A stretch of DNA of 49,899 bases, counting the filler, from Circinaria calcarea (taxonomy: Eukaryota), in assembly GCA_051942165.1 (NCBI GenBank). It is 2 parts of 2 records of this genome, joined end to end, with 100 filler letters (N's around TTAATTAATTAA, not from the genome) between each part and the next. Parts side by side here need not be neighbours in the genome. Positions count along the whole stretch, not along the records: positions 1 to 24,921 come from JAVECS010000100.1; 1 more part is not named here. One strand, written 5' to 3'. Positions 12,313 through 24,900 of the stretch are shown here, piece by piece. Within the stretch, counting starts at the first letter, position 1. Each line of letters opens with the position of its first letter. A model generated the notes under the pieces. The model searched no databases. It saw only the letters and a list, made by a program, of their open reading frames with translations, and was not told the DNA's origin. The position numbers and the translations under genes were made by a program.

Positions 12313-14973
12313 CTACCTCCTTCCCCTTCCAACCTCACTCCCCGGTATGACCTCGTCGTAGAAGCCATAGTAGCCACTCGCCCTCTCCACGCCCTCCTCC
12401 TCGTCCCCCACCTCCGTCTGCTGCACCACCAGTCGCGCCGTCTCGCGCTTGATCCGATCGTTCAGCGCCAACCCCCTCGTCCCCACCAGCTGCGCGCTCG
12501 GATGGCGAGCCGTCCACGCCCGATACGTCTCCACCCAGCTCTCGCCGCTCTCCGTCCGGCCGGCAAAGGGCTCCAGCGGCGGCGAGATGTCCCGGTACCG
12601 TGGCGGCGACGGCTGCTGCTGCTGCTGCGATGATCCGCCTCGGGCCGGGACCGGGACCACCACCTCTTCCCGCGCCATCGTGAAGGTGGCAACGGCGTTG
12701 TCCAGGCGCTCTTGCAGCGCGCTCCCGGGGCCGAAGTTGACGTCCGGGTGACGAGTCTGCCAGGCGCGGTAGAGCTGCAGCCAGGTGTGGCCGTCGGCGT
12801 TCAGGCGGCGGAAGGGTTCGGGCGGGGGCGAGATGACGCGGAAGGGTGGTGCTTTTTCTTCTTCTTCTTCCTGTGTTTCTACTTCCGATGCTTCTTCAGA
12901 TGCTGCCCCTCTGGTCGCGAATATCTCTTGCGGGTGCTCCATGAAATAGTCGACGGCGTCTTCCATTCGCTCCCGGAGCGCGGCGCCTTCTTCGCCCTCA
13001 AAGGTCCAATCCGGATGGCGGGCCCGCCAGGCGGTTATCTCTTGCAGCCAGCTGTTTCCGGCCGCGGTCTGGCCCATGAAGGGCGAGGGCGGCCGGATGG
13101 CGGTCTGGTGGTGTCTCTGGGGCTGCTGGGCTTGGGGTTGAGCCTGGGGCTGGGGTCTTTGTGCCCTCGCAACCGGTCTGACAGGTTGCTGCGGGTTCTG
13201 CTCAAAGTACGCGACGTACTCTTTCATTCGTTTCTGAAATTCGTCGTTGTATCCAAGAGGATCGGCGATGTGGCGCCTCTCCCAGTCGCGGTATAGCATC
13301 AGCCAGGTCTCCCCCGTCGCGGTCGTGCCCATGAAGGGCGTGGGCGGGAGAGAGATGTCGTCGTCTGGCGTTTCTGGCATCCGTGGGACGGAGGCAGTGG
13401 CCGGGATGGCGTACTGCTGGCGGGGTGGGGAAGGTGTGAGCGGGGAGACGGGTGAGTGGGAGAGGGGTGAGATGGAGGAGGCACGAGGGGGTAGCATCGG
13501 TGGGGGGCCGGCTGAGTAGGTGGTGGCGGGGAGTTGTGCGAAAGGCTTTATTGAGCCCTGTTGGCTGAGGCGCAGGGGTGAGGGAATGTCGGAGGGATGA
13601 GAGGAGCCGCCGGTGCTGGGGGGTGAGGTTTGGCCCTCTCCCTGACTGCCAGCGTTAGCGAGCAAGTTAGCAGCCGACGGTGGCATGAAGCCGAGAGACA
13701 AGCAGGTGCTGCAGAGGTCCTCTCCGTGCAACTGGATCCGGTGTTGCTGGCAGAGGCGGCAGGGTCTGAGGTGATTCCTGGCCCGGTCCTCGTCCCTCGG
13801 GAAGTCCGGTAGGGTCGGGAACGGTGGCAGGGTTGGGAGTGTAGGCACGGGGGGCACCCCAGAGTCTCCCATGACGCGGCTGTCAAAGGGTCTGCTGTAC
13901 CGGCTCGTGACACTGGCTGCCATGCTCTGAGGGCGGTCTAGCTGTTCCACATGCGTGACCTGGCGTTCGCGTACGCGCGAGTTGCGTAAGGTCTGGTGTT
14001 CCGGCACGAGCGAGACCACGCTGCCGGCCACGCTCTGGACGTACGCGCGAGGTTCGAGCGTGGTGGTGTAGCGAGGCACGCGCTGGGCCGTGGGAGCGGG
14101 CACTTCAGACCTGGCGGGGGGAACCGGTCGCCGTGCGATCCTAGGTTCCCGCGGGGCTTCTGTGCTGGGTGTACGGTCGAGGTGCACGATGTGATCGAGC
14201 GGCTCCCTGTGAGGGACCGGTCGCCGGGCTGAGGGGTCGTGAACTGCTCTCGAGACCCTGAGTTCCGGTGGAGCTTGAGGGAATGCTGAGGGCCAGGGCG
14301 TGATTGGTTCCGTGAGGCTGTCATTTCGTGACCTGCTGCCGCTTCCGTCTCGCGGCCTCCTCTCGCGTCGGGGTTCGTTGGGTCTCCTCTCGTCTCGGGA
14401 CCTACTTGGTCTACTCTCGTCTCGGGACCTGCTTGGTCTGCTTTCGTCTCGGGGTCTTCTGATGTTGTTGTCGCCCCGAGGCCGTCGGATGTCTCCGTGA
14501 TGTCTTGGTCGTAGAGTGGCGGCAGCTAGTTCGCTTGCCGGGATCGCGTTGCCGGAAGGGTTACCTGAGGGGTTGTCGGTGTTTCTCCTGTACACCCTTG
14601 GTACTTCGATGATCTCTTCGACCTCGTCTTTGAACCGTACTCTGGGGGACTCGTCAAAGCTTGGCCGGAAGTTCGCTGCGGCCGGTCGGGAAGAGGACAC
14701 TATGTCGGAGTTAGCACGCCTTTTGGTTTTGAAGGATCCGATAAAGGTGGCGATCGGGTTCTCTTTCTTGGCCTTTACCTGTGCCCTCTCCTCCCTCAGG
14801 GCGCTCTGGGTTCTCCTTTCGAGGGGACTGAGCTCGTTTTGACTGCCAAAGGGTCTAGGGTTGGAAATGAAAGGACGGTTTGGGTCCGTTGATGAAGGAC
14901 CATGGACTCGGCGGGAGAGATAGTCTTGGAACCTTTCCGCCTTGGATTTCTTAGGTTCTTGTGGTGGGGCCAT
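12313..14973 (-). CDS. Hypothetical 886-aa Pro/Arg-rich protein with a CxxC..CxxC motif and four C-terminal repeats
   Basis: Uninterrupted 2.66-kb ORF, GC-rich codon pattern, internal protein repeats; no recognisable family. Confidence 0.8.
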   Translation of the reverse strand: MAPPQEPKKSKAERFQDYLSRRVHGPSSTDPNRPFISNPRPFGSQNELSPLERRTQSALREERAQVKAKKENPIATFIGSFKTKRRANSDIVSSSRPAAANFRPSFDESPRVRFKDEVEEIIEVPRVYRRNTDNPSGNPSGNAIPASELAAATLRPRHHGDIRRPRGDNNIRRPRDESRPSRSRDESRPSRSRDERRPNEPRRERRPRDGSGSRSRNDSLTEPITPWPSAFPQAPPELRVSRAVHDPSARRPVPHREPLDHIVHLDRTPSTEAPREPRIARRPVPPARSEVPAPTAQRVPRYTTTLEPRAYVQSVAGSVVSLVPEHQTLRNSRVRERQVTHVEQLDRPQSMAASVTSRYSRPFDSRVMGDSGVPPVPTLPTLPPFPTLPDFPRDEDRARNHLRPCRLCQQHRIQLHGEDLCSTCLSLGFMPPSAANLLANAGSQGEGQTSPPSTGGSSHPSDIPSPLRLSQQGSIKPFAQLPATTYSAGPPPMLPPRASSISPLSHSPVSPLTPSPPRQQYAIPATASVPRMPETPDDDISLPPTPFMGTTATGETWLMLYRDWERRHIADPLGYNDEFQKRMKEYVAYFEQNPQQPVRPVARAQRPQPQAQPQAQQPQRHHQTAIRPPSPFMGQTAAGNSWLQEITAWRARHPDWTFEGEEGAALRERMEDAVDYFMEHPQEIFATRGAASEEASEVETQEEEEEKAPPFRVISPPPEPFRRLNADGHTWLQLYRAWQTRHPDVNFGPGSALQERLDNAVATFTMAREEVVVPVPARGGSSQQQQQPSPPRYRDISPPLEPFAGRTESGESWVETYRAWTARHPSAQLVGTRGLALNDRIKRETARLVVQQTEVGDEEEGVERASGYYGFYDEVIPGSEVGRGRR
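14380..14454. repeat. ~27-bp tandem repeat (about 3 copies) encoding RDESRPSRS on the minus strand
   Basis: tcgtctcgggacct(a/g)cttggtct recurs with a 27-nt period. Confidence 0.8.
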
Positions 14974-15513
14974 GATGATAGTTTCACACAGTGTTTGCTT
15001 TCGGTGTATTTTTTGGTTATGTCTTTATGGTGTATTGTGTGTAAAGTATGTTCTATCTCGGATTCGACTCTGGAGAGATAGGGAGTGCAAAAGTCCGAAG
15101 CAATATAAGGTGTCGAGGAACAAGGAACAGGGAACAAAGCACAAAGGCGATCAGTTGGCAAAGCCTTGAGTGAATGAATACATGGCATTGAGGTCTTTGT
15201 CCAGATAAGGAATTGCAACTTGATTGTTCCTTGTTCTATGACTAAATGACCCTTTGTTCGTCAAACCGAAATCCACCGTCCCATGAGAAACAGGGTTGAA
15301 CAATCAGAGGGACTTGTCAAAGCTATCATGACGTTACACAACTTCATACATGAGATTTATGCCTCCATGAACCCGAATCAACCCACCGATCACGAAAGAC
15401 ATCCCATAAAACATTTAGACTCCTGATACCGAGTCAGCATCTACTCACCATAAACGGGAGTAGTGACATGCCTGTACACCAAATAGATATTAGAACTAGA
15501 TGGTACTCGCCCA

Positions 15514-16467
15514 CTATAGGGCATGAATCAAGATGAGTAAACCAGCAACACCACAGAGGACGGACATGCCGGTAGAAACAGTTGATGCTCCACCGGTAAA
15601 AGGTGAAATGGGGGGGCTGATTGCAGCAGATGTGCTGGCTGATTTCATGCTGGGAGCGACGGATGTTGCAGGCCCAGTGCCTGCAGCACTGACTGGGCTG
15701 GGTGAAGATGTATATGCTGGAGACTCTGGCGAAGCACCTTTGCTTCCAGCCGGAGTAGCAGGAGCGGCTGGGGCTAAAACTGGGCCTGGGGCTGGAGATG
15801 GGATGGCACTACCGCCAGGGGATGATCCCGGAGGATTTGCCCCTCCGGAGGCGGGACTGATGGATGCTGAAGCTGGAGGAACCGGAGCGCCTGTAGCTAC
15901 TGGAGCTGATGCAGCAGGAGAGCTTGCAGGAGCAGCCGGAGCTGCTGCTGGAGTAGTCGATGAACTTGAGCTGCCTGCTGGTGCTCCAGAGCTTGCAGCA
16001 GGTGGACCTGGAGGCATTGCCGCAGGGGCGCTCGAGCTCGGAGCGGTGGGCGTGGTAATAACGATCGGTCCCGGGGTAGGGCAAACAGGGCATGGTACGG
16101 TGGTGGTGGTGAAACCCTGGGGTATGTAATCACTCGTGCGTGATATACCGGCACTATCGCAAGTTTCGGTAACAGTGTAAGTCTTTTGCGCTAAACCAGT
16201 CGAGCAAACTTCGGTGAAGACGGTGGTGTAGGTTGTAAGGATGCCACCGGTAGGAGTGGGGCTTGCTGAAGCTTTTTCGGTGCACAGATCGCAGTAAGTC
16301 TCGGTGAGGGTGTTTGTTGTAGTAGCAGTGTAGCCAGTTGCAACATCACTGGTACAATCGGATGAATAGTACTCCGTGACATAGACGACATCATCCGAAG
16401 AAGAAGCTGCTGGGGCAGCAGCTGCGATAGCGGCCAGACCGAGGGTGGTGGCTATGATGGACTTCAT
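15514..16467 (-). CDS. GPI-anchored Ser/Thr/Pro/Ala-rich cell wall protein
   Basis: Signal peptide MKSIIATTLGLAAIAAA; Thr/Cys-rich N-domain (TTYTTVFTEVC, PQGFTTTTVPCPVC); low-complexity stalk; PFTGGAS omega region followed by a hydrophobic tail. Confidence 0.9.
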   Translation of the reverse strand: MKSIIATTLGLAAIAAAAPAASSSDDVVYVTEYYSSDCTSDVATGYTATTTNTLTETYCDLCTEKASASPTPTGGILTTYTTVFTEVCSTGLAQKTYTVTETCDSAGISRTSDYIPQGFTTTTVPCPVCPTPGPIVITTPTAPSSSAPAAMPPGPPAASSGAPAGSSSSSTTPAAAPAAPASSPAASAPVATGAPVPPASASISPASGGANPPGSSPGGSAIPSPAPGPVLAPAAPATPAGSKGASPESPAYTSSPSPVSAAGTGPATSVAPSMKSASTSAAISPPISPFTGGASTVSTGMSVLCGVAGLLILIHAL

Positions 16468-18511
16468 CGTGCGAAACTGATATTAGTAATTAAATACTTT
16501 GGGTATATGTTGGCCTTGTGTGGGCGGATGAAAAGCGGAGATACTGAGCAATACCCAAATGAGTGACTGAATGAGAGACAATTATAATTCCTTTCTTGTA
16601 CAAACCCGAGCCAGACAGGACAATAAGGAGTGTGAAGGAGCCAAGCTGGAGACGGAAGGGAATCGCATTGCTTAGGCTGACTTATAATGACAGGCTGGGC
16701 ATGTTGTGATCTCATTCCAAGTCAGGAATGCTGAGCTAGATCGCAAACGGTCACAGTAAACAACAGCACATGGAGGGAATGGGGAGTAAGATTACATCGA
16801 GGTCAGGTCACCGGTTATTCGCCAGATAAAAGTGGTAGAGTCCATCTGTTTGCAGCAGTAACAGGAATCTTCCATTCCTTAGGTACATAACCCAATGGAC
16901 TTGTACGCGTTTAAAATCATTCACACAAACTCGACACGGATCTTGAACATAGCATAGGAGTAGAAACAACAGTCACGTAAGAAAGGTTTGATATGTATCC
17001 CATCTATCGACATTCCCCTCCCATCGCTCTCATCTAAGAAAACCCGGCATAACGGGAGGGAAACTTCCTATCCGGGACATGTGTTCTTCATCTCCAGAAC
17101 CACTGCATCCGAACAGGATACATGGCAACGCATTGCTGTAGGGTATGGCTGAACAATGGTCGTGGCTGGTTCCGTTTGCTTTTTGATGAAGAAGAGAGAA
17201 AATTGCGATGGCGCGGTGGAATGTGCTTTATCACAGATTTCGGCTTAACGCTAGTCAGTCGGGGCTAGGATGCATTTAGCTAGTGAATCAACTCGACAAC
17301 TTTCACGGCCCACTCCCTACAACAAGCCACTCCTGGTTACATGTACATAATCATTGCTTTTGTATGTGGAAAACATCGTCTAGGGTCGACTAGCTTGGTA
17401 TATTAGGTGCAAGGTAAAGCAAAGCAACTCAGAACTGTCGCCTCAAGCTAGACAACCTCGATATCCAACCCTCATATTCCGTCTCTAGGGGTTACTATTC
17501 AGAGCAGATGAGAACCTCTTCCACCGCCCTCTCCTGCCTTCTCCACTCCCACCTCCTATTATCTTCCCCTCCCGAACCCCGCCTCCATAGATGATCTTCA
17601 TCCGCATCCAGTCACCAAAAAGCCAACATTCGTAGCTCGAAACGGAAAGCAGAAAATAGAAGACCATCTGTCGTAGAGTGGAGTATATCTCCTTGGATCA
17701 TCTTCGGAGATCCTGTAATCGTTGGACGTTTTTCTTTTGGAGGCATGGTGGTGGCAAGAGGGGTGTTCGGAAGAAGAGGAGTAAGAAGTCCAAAGTAAGT
17801 TTTTTTAGGGTGATGGTTATGGGAATGAGATACTAGGAGGTAGAGAAAAGCGTAGAAGATTACTGGGTTGGGAAGAGTAAAAGGGAGATGAGAGGATGAC
17901 AGGAGGCGGTAAGACGAGGGATAATGATAGTGAAAGCAGGCAGAGGAGTGGACAGAAACATGGAAGCGGTGCAATTTGGATAGGCGACTAGGATAGAGAA
18001 GGAGGAAGCATTGGCGGTTGAAGCTAGAATAGAGAGTTGAATATTAATAATATGAATTTTCATTCCAGGCATTACATGCAAAGGCACGGACGCCTGTGTG
18101 TTTCTAACTGACACATAACTATTAGAAGACCGTTATTCTTAATATCTGAAATTCTCCCAAATGAGTTTTTGCTCCCGAATTCCTCCAAGCCACCGATCCC
18201 GTATGTGCGCCAGGACGAGGAACATATCGATCCACTGGCATGAATGCCATGGTGGTCTAACAAATGAGTATTCTATCCGAACTGTATTTGCTTTGTGGAG
18301 CTTGTAGGTCGAATAAGTCCACATGGGTAATATAAAACAGCGAAGGGAAGGGATGTATTATTGTGACCTTATCGAGGAGAAAGGGACGACTCGTGAAGAT
18401 ACTTCAATGTAGTACCGAATTCACTGCGAACAGTATCGTAAGTAATAGAAGGCAATCCCACCTGCTAATAGTAAAACTTACTGCATACGAGGACGAAGGA
18501 GAACTTTTCCA

Positions 18512-19081
18512 TCATGAGTGGTCGTGTCCTATCATAGTCCGCGAGTTGATGTTCTTCCAGACACCAGCTCCAACAGCTTTTGACACCCCAACGCCAATAC
18601 CAACTGCCGCACCAACGATCATCATCGCAATCAATATTTTGACCCATGTCTTCTGCTTCTTGTTCAATCTTCTCAATGGACTGCATCCTTTGCTCCTCTC
18701 CATCTCGTGACTCTTTTCCAGCAATTGATGCCGTCCAGGCCAGACCGTACATTCCTTGACACTCCTAGGTGGCTCCGATGACTGGCGTATGTGGGGTGTA
18801 CTGCCCGCTTCGAGGTCTTTTTCGTAAATTTGGATATTGGTTTTGGATTCACATTTGTGTTGTTCAAAGGAAGTCCGGGTGGTCGGGTGCGAGTAAAAGG
18901 GAGAAAAGGGATGGCTGGTGTCAGGATCATATTCCTCTGTTGGTGTCACTGCTTGCGAGGGTATCAGGCTCTGAGCAGGACTGATGTAGGTTGAGGACTT
19001 TTGGAGACAAAGGCGTGGTCGTTGAGGTGTTGAGGGAGAGCAGACTTCGGCACCAATGACCGGCTTCTGGGTGTGGGACAT
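18512..19081 (-). CDS. Hypothetical single-pass membrane protein (189 aa)
   Basis: SPFYSHP and ECTVWPG motifs; basic patch KKQK followed by TM segment WVKILIAMMIVGAAVGIGVGVSKAVGAGVW, a pattern typical of conserved fungal hypothetical proteins. Confidence 0.8.
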   Translation of the reverse strand: MSHTQKPVIGAEVCSPSTPQRPRLCLQKSSTYISPAQSLIPSQAVTPTEEYDPDTSHPFSPFYSHPTTRTSFEQHKCESKTNIQIYEKDLEAGSTPHIRQSSEPPRSVKECTVWPGRHQLLEKSHEMERSKGCSPLRRLNKKQKTWVKILIAMMIVGAAVGIGVGVSKAVGAGVWKNINSRTMIGHDHS

Positions 19082-21906
19082 GTTGAAGTGCTGTGTTGGA
19101 TAGGTTGATAGTCGTGGAAGTTTAGGTGGGTGGAAGACAGCCTAGACCAGGAGAAATTAATTCTCGAAATGGAGCCAACTTGATGGTAAGGTGTAGAGAA
19201 CTGCAAAGGTGACCATGGAGGAAGAGACAATGCGTCAAGTCGTTACGGGCATCGATTGTCAACTGATGAATGGTGGAGATGATGGTCCTTATCTGTGTAG
19301 GAGACCGCAATCGGGACCTGAATAGGGAACTATGGTGCCAAGTCACAGGTTCTACAACCTTCCAATGCTGCACGTTGATACCGTACCAGAAATGCGGGCA
19401 CAAGATCAAGTCGATTATTCCAGCGAGGTGCAACGTCCAGCGGAAAGAAAAGGAAAAGATGGATGGGAGTGTTACAAGAACGGTACGGAATAGGATAGCA
19501 TGGGTGGAGAGAACTTCTGGATGTGGTAGGCACCAATTCGAATTAGCCTTCTCCTTGGCGCGCCTCGGCAACATTGAAGGGCTACCAATCGAGTAAAGCT
19601 CGCGGCGGCAAACTGCAGACTTGCGATGCAACCAGCCAGGATGATCGCTTTAAGTTATTTGTTAGTGGTGACACGAAAGCGGACGATTGTTGACGGAGAT
19701 CCGTGCAGCACACCATCGACAGCTTTGGTTTTTAGGAGGACTCGAAGGTCACGGTCCAGCCCTGGGAGGGCTTGCCAACCGTTCCCGATTGGACTCGCTG
19801 AGCAGGTCACTCTCCGTGGCGTTTGACTGGACGGCAAGCAAACTCCAGATTAGGAGAGCTGCCGTGGGCGAGCCACGCGAGCTTCAATGGCTTTAATTGT
19901 GGGGGCGGGAATGCATTGATTTGATCATTTGGGAGGTTCCGATACTACGTTGTAGAATTAGGTATATCTGCTAGCTACGACTACAGCAAGAGTACTGTCT
20001 CGTCCGCGTAAGGCCCAAGGCAAATCATGGTCAGTTCCAAGGCAGCGACGGTATGGAGTACCATACGGAGTAGTACTACAGCCAAGCGAAGCTGACGATC
20101 CACCTTTCGCCATGCAAGAGAGCCGTCTAAATAAGAAGCCAGTGGTGCAAGTTAACCAAGGTACGATTCAATGGTGATAAGACGGCTGTGGTCCATGTAT
20201 TTTTAACTTCGGACACATGTCAGTGGCGATCATGCCTATTGCCTGTTCCTGTCATCTTCCTCTGATGCCCCTGGCCCACACCCTTTTGGCCAGATCGGAA
20301 ACGCCAGCCCATGGCGCCGGAACCGAGTGGCCTAGAATCCACGCACCCCTCGTCCGAGCTCTTGGAATCTTGGAAATGTGACGACTTCGAACGTGCACAT
20401 CAAACCCTTTCATGAAAGATGAACTTTATCGCGGCTTACAATGATTGTAGTTGCCCCTCCATAGAATACCACTGATGATGATACCTCGTGTCCTCAGGAT
20501 GATACATTTTACGGAGGCCACCCGGTGTCGGAACAACTCTCTGCATGAAATCATCTGCATCTATCATGCATCTCGATAAGTCTGCTCCGACGCTGCATAG
20601 ATAAACTCAGCTAGTAAATGGTATCTGCATACTCCGTATGAGATACACCTAGTATCTGGTTGAACTTTTCGTGAACTTTGACTGATAAGGAAAATTGGGG
20701 GAAAAGGGCCGATTAGGAATGCCACCACTTGGATTACTACCAGCTACATAATCTCGACCCGCTAGCAATGACTCGATGGATATGGAGATTGTATTGGACG
20801 CATAGGGAGTCTCAAAAATAAGAAAAGCCATAGCTGGACTGCTAGGACCTAGAAAACCCTCCATTCCCTCGAATGTCAAGACTGAAAAGAGCTTCGATAC
20901 TTACCCCCTTGATACCTGGAACTCCAGTTGCGGGTAATGACTTTCAGGCAGCTCATCATTAAAAACAACATCGGAAGGTGTACACGTTACTCTCTCTCTT
21001 CTACCTCCAGCTCAATATCTCCCCGGAGGTGGGCGGGGAATATCCGATCATCAGCGCTTTATGTCGGATCCTCCAATAGATGTGGCGGGCCTATACAAGG
21101 CAGAAATATTACTAGAAGAACCAAACGTCATTTGTGGGACATCTCTTGGGCGATGCTCGTAACATCGACCTATTGGTTCCTTCACACTAATTTCCCGCGT
21201 TCCGCAACCGTTAACTTGACCAAAATTAATCATCATGAAAGCTTTTATTACACTCCTTTCCATTAGTGCTTTACTCTGCCTACCCCAAAACCCTCAGACC
21301 GGACGTGCTATGGCCACCAGATTGTTCCTCGATCCCAGCCAAGCAATATTGGCCGTTCCCTGCAATGGGAAAATAAAACGGAAAACGAGAAGCGAAAATG
21401 ACGTAAAATCGAAAGCCGAACCCCCCATCTATTCCCAGCCTCGCTGCTGAAAAACTTGGTGGAAAATCAGGAAAATCAAATCCAAAACAAAATACGATAT
21501 TCAAACACCTCCCGGAAACGCCAAGTCGTTAGCCGGGGGCACCTAGGGCCAACTATTGTAGTCTACCCATATACGCAGCAAAACACTGGTTAGTTAGGAA
21601 GACCATCATATTGTCATTGATTCCGCCCCCGTTCTGAGCCTTTTGATTTCTATTTCTTATAATCCTATTTATACTCCACTTCCACATCCATTACCGAGGA
21701 GGAAGAGAGAGCGGGGTGAGAAATCGCTCTGGAAAAATAGTCGAGTTGCTCAAAGCCCTGTTTCCCACCCACACCACTCTATAAGAATCCCTATGCTATG
21801 CATCATATGCCGCAGCTTAACAATCATCGCTATCGTGACGATTATCTTCCAAAATGATGCCCAACAATCCAAAAAGTTAATATAATTAACCCCAAGGTCC
21901 ATTACA

Positions 21907-24900
21907 TCACAAAACCATCTCATCAAAATCCTCCCTCCGGATCCCACTTCTCTCACACATCCCTCGAAAGATCCCTCCCTGTTCCCACAGCTTGATCGGC
22001 GTATCGAGCTCGGCGATCCTCCCCGAATCCATCACGCAGATGCGGTCGTAGCCGATAATTGTCTTGAGCCGATGCGCGATGCAGAGGAGCGTCTTGCCCC
22101 TAAATCCCGTCGCCATAGTGCGCTGGATCTTCTGATCCGTCTCCATGTCTACCGACGAGGTGGCTTCGTCGCAGACGATAATCTGACTGCCACGGACGAG
22201 AGCTCTGGCGAGAGCCATGAGCTGCCGTTGGCCGAGAGAGAAGTTGAGACCTTCCTCCTCGACGACGCTGTCGAGGTGAATGCGGGAATGCGAGGACTTA
22301 TCCTCCAGTTTAGATTCTTCGTCAACAAGATCGGCTTGCCGGAGGGCGGACCAGAGCTTCAAGTCGTCATGTTCGTCGAAAGGATCTAGGTTCGAGCGGA
22401 CTGTGCCGCGGAAAAGAGTTGGATCTTGCGGGATGATTGCCAAACGGGATCGCAAGTCGTGAAGCCCGACCGTGGCGATGTTGATGCCGTCAATAGAGAT
22501 TGAACCGCCCGAAAGCTCAACCAAGCGGAAAAGTGCGGACATGATGGATGATTTTCCAGCGCCAGTCCGACCTACGATACCGATGCGCTCTCCTCCGCTG
22601 ACGACCATATCGAGACCTTGCAGGACCAATGGGAGACCCGCGCGATACCTCATGAGTACATTATCGAAGACGATCTCACCCTTGTCCGGCCAGCTCTTAG
22701 GGATCTTTGCAAGGTGCAACGGCGGCTCCTCTTCAAGCTGCGTCCCGTAGTAATGGATTCGCTCCGTAGAATTCATAGCATTCTCAACCTCTGCAAATTG
22801 TCGAACTGTAAACTGGATCATCTGTACAATTGATAGAATGTAAGAGAGCACCAAACCAGCGATGCTCGGAGAGACGTTGAACCGCGACGTCACAACCAGG
22901 ATACCAGTCGTAAAGACAAGTAAATTTCCGATCGAATCCAGACGGACACTTAACCACCGTTGATTTCCATACGTTAGGTAATACGCCGAGTTCATTTGAT
23001 CAATGGAATCGCGGACACCCATAATAAAATGGTCCTGGAGACCATAAGCCCGAATGCTAGCTGTCCCAAAAACAGCTTCACCGAACCGAGCGAAAACAAC
23101 CGAGCGAAGTACCGACTCATGACGCTTGATTTCTCTAGCAGATGCTCGGTAATAGCTTGCAGAGAACAGAAACATGAGAAAGAGCGGTCCAAGAGCGATG
23201 GCGAAGTAGTGGAAATAAACAATAATGAGTATGAAAACTGATACAATCATCGCAAGTGTGAAGAAATACATCCTCATGGCATCTGTAAGGTTGTTATCCA
23301 TGATGTCGACGTCTTTGGAAAATCTATTGGTAATCCGTCCGAGTGGGGTAGTATCGAAGAACGACATAGGAGCCCGAAGAACTCGAGTTATGGCTCTGTT
23401 GAGCATAACTCTGCTAGCGGTAGTGCCTAATTGCGATAAGGTGAGGGAAAAGGCGAATGTCAAGGCAGATTGAAGAACCCCTAAAGCAGCGTAAACTCCG
23501 ATATATAGTCCCTCGCTTAGGCCAAACTTGTTTGATGTCCAGAATGACAGCCACAAGCTTGTAGCAATGTTTGTACCTTGGGCGACGACTAGAAGGAATA
23601 GCACCAATGGACCGAACCAAATACTTCCCGAAGCTCTGATGTAAGCCGCATATACGCCCCACGATACACTCTTGACAGCTCGCTCTTCTTGCTGCATGAG
23701 TGCTTGACTCTTCTTCGCTTTCTTCTTTCTTGCAACCGACTTCTTTTCATCTTCAACCTCATCTTCATTGACTGTGTCCTCCTTTTCCACGATCTCCTCT
23801 TGGGCTGTCGTGGCCATCATCTTCTGGAATCCTTCATTGTATTTCATCAGATTATCAAACGTATCGATCGTCTCAATGCGGCCATCCTGTAGCCATATAA
23901 TCCTATCGCATCTACTCAGTACATGCAATTGATGTGTTGCGAGGATGCGACATTTATCTTTCAGTAAGCCGCATATTGCCTTGTCAAAGATGTGACGACC
24001 CACATGAGCATCAACAGCCGATAATGGATCGTCCATGAGCACAATGTCGCTATCGAAATATATAGCCCTGGCAATGTTCAGCCTTTGTTTTTGCCCGCCG
24101 CTGACAGTGATGCCCCGTTCACCAATTTCGGTCATGTCGCCGTTGGGAAGCATCTCGAGATCTGGCCGTAAAGCACAGGCATCGATGACTTCATTGTACC
24201 ATTTCTCGTTCATGTCTTTACCGAAAAGGATATTTTCTTTAACTGTCGCGTTTTGTATCCATGCGTACTGCGGACAAAATGCTCGCGTTGCGCCCATGGT
24301 GACTTGTCCTCGTGTTCTCCGCATGTCGCCGGCAAGAGCAGCGAGTAGTGAGCTTTTGCCAGAACCAACGCCACCGATTACCGCAAGCAGCTCCTGGCGC
24401 CCCACAGAAAAGTCTATGTCACTGAGTTTGAACGGTTCAACCTGTGTTAGTGTGCTTGATGTCTCTAACCCTTCTGTTTTCTCACTCGAATCACCAGCGT
24501 TGGTAGTTGCTGACTTCTCAGCGGTTTTCTCGGCGGCTTTCTCCGCCTTTTTTGCTGCTTTGTCTTCCTTCTTAGATGCCTTGGCCCCTTTCTTGCTCTT
24601 GACGTCCTTGTCTGGGTCCTGCGTCGCGATACGTTCCCAGGTGAATTCAGAATGCTCAACGACCACAGCATTCTTCGCTTCCATATCCCAGAGGAAATCG
24701 TCCTTTTGCTCCTCGGCAAGCAGGAAGTCCTGTATACGCATAAGGGATGCCCATCCATCTGTAACTTGCCCGATCACCAGAGGCAATAGATTGAGAGGCA
24801 AACGAAGGGAGTTGAAGAGCGCCAGAGAAGAGAAAATATAGGCAGGATTGAGACTGTGGTCCGAAAGGGAGTAGGTGATGAAAGCCAGCATTGATGCGAA

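Noticed and set aside
12079..16394. Many overlapping antisense ORFs (e.g. 12712-13296, 15533-16129)
   Set aside because: Shadow ORFs of GC-rich, low-complexity genes on the opposite strand.
17485..17974. Short minus-strand ORF MPPKEKRPT... after a pyrimidine-rich leader
   Set aside because: Only ~44 codons from the ATG, with no recognisable motif or convincing splice continuation.
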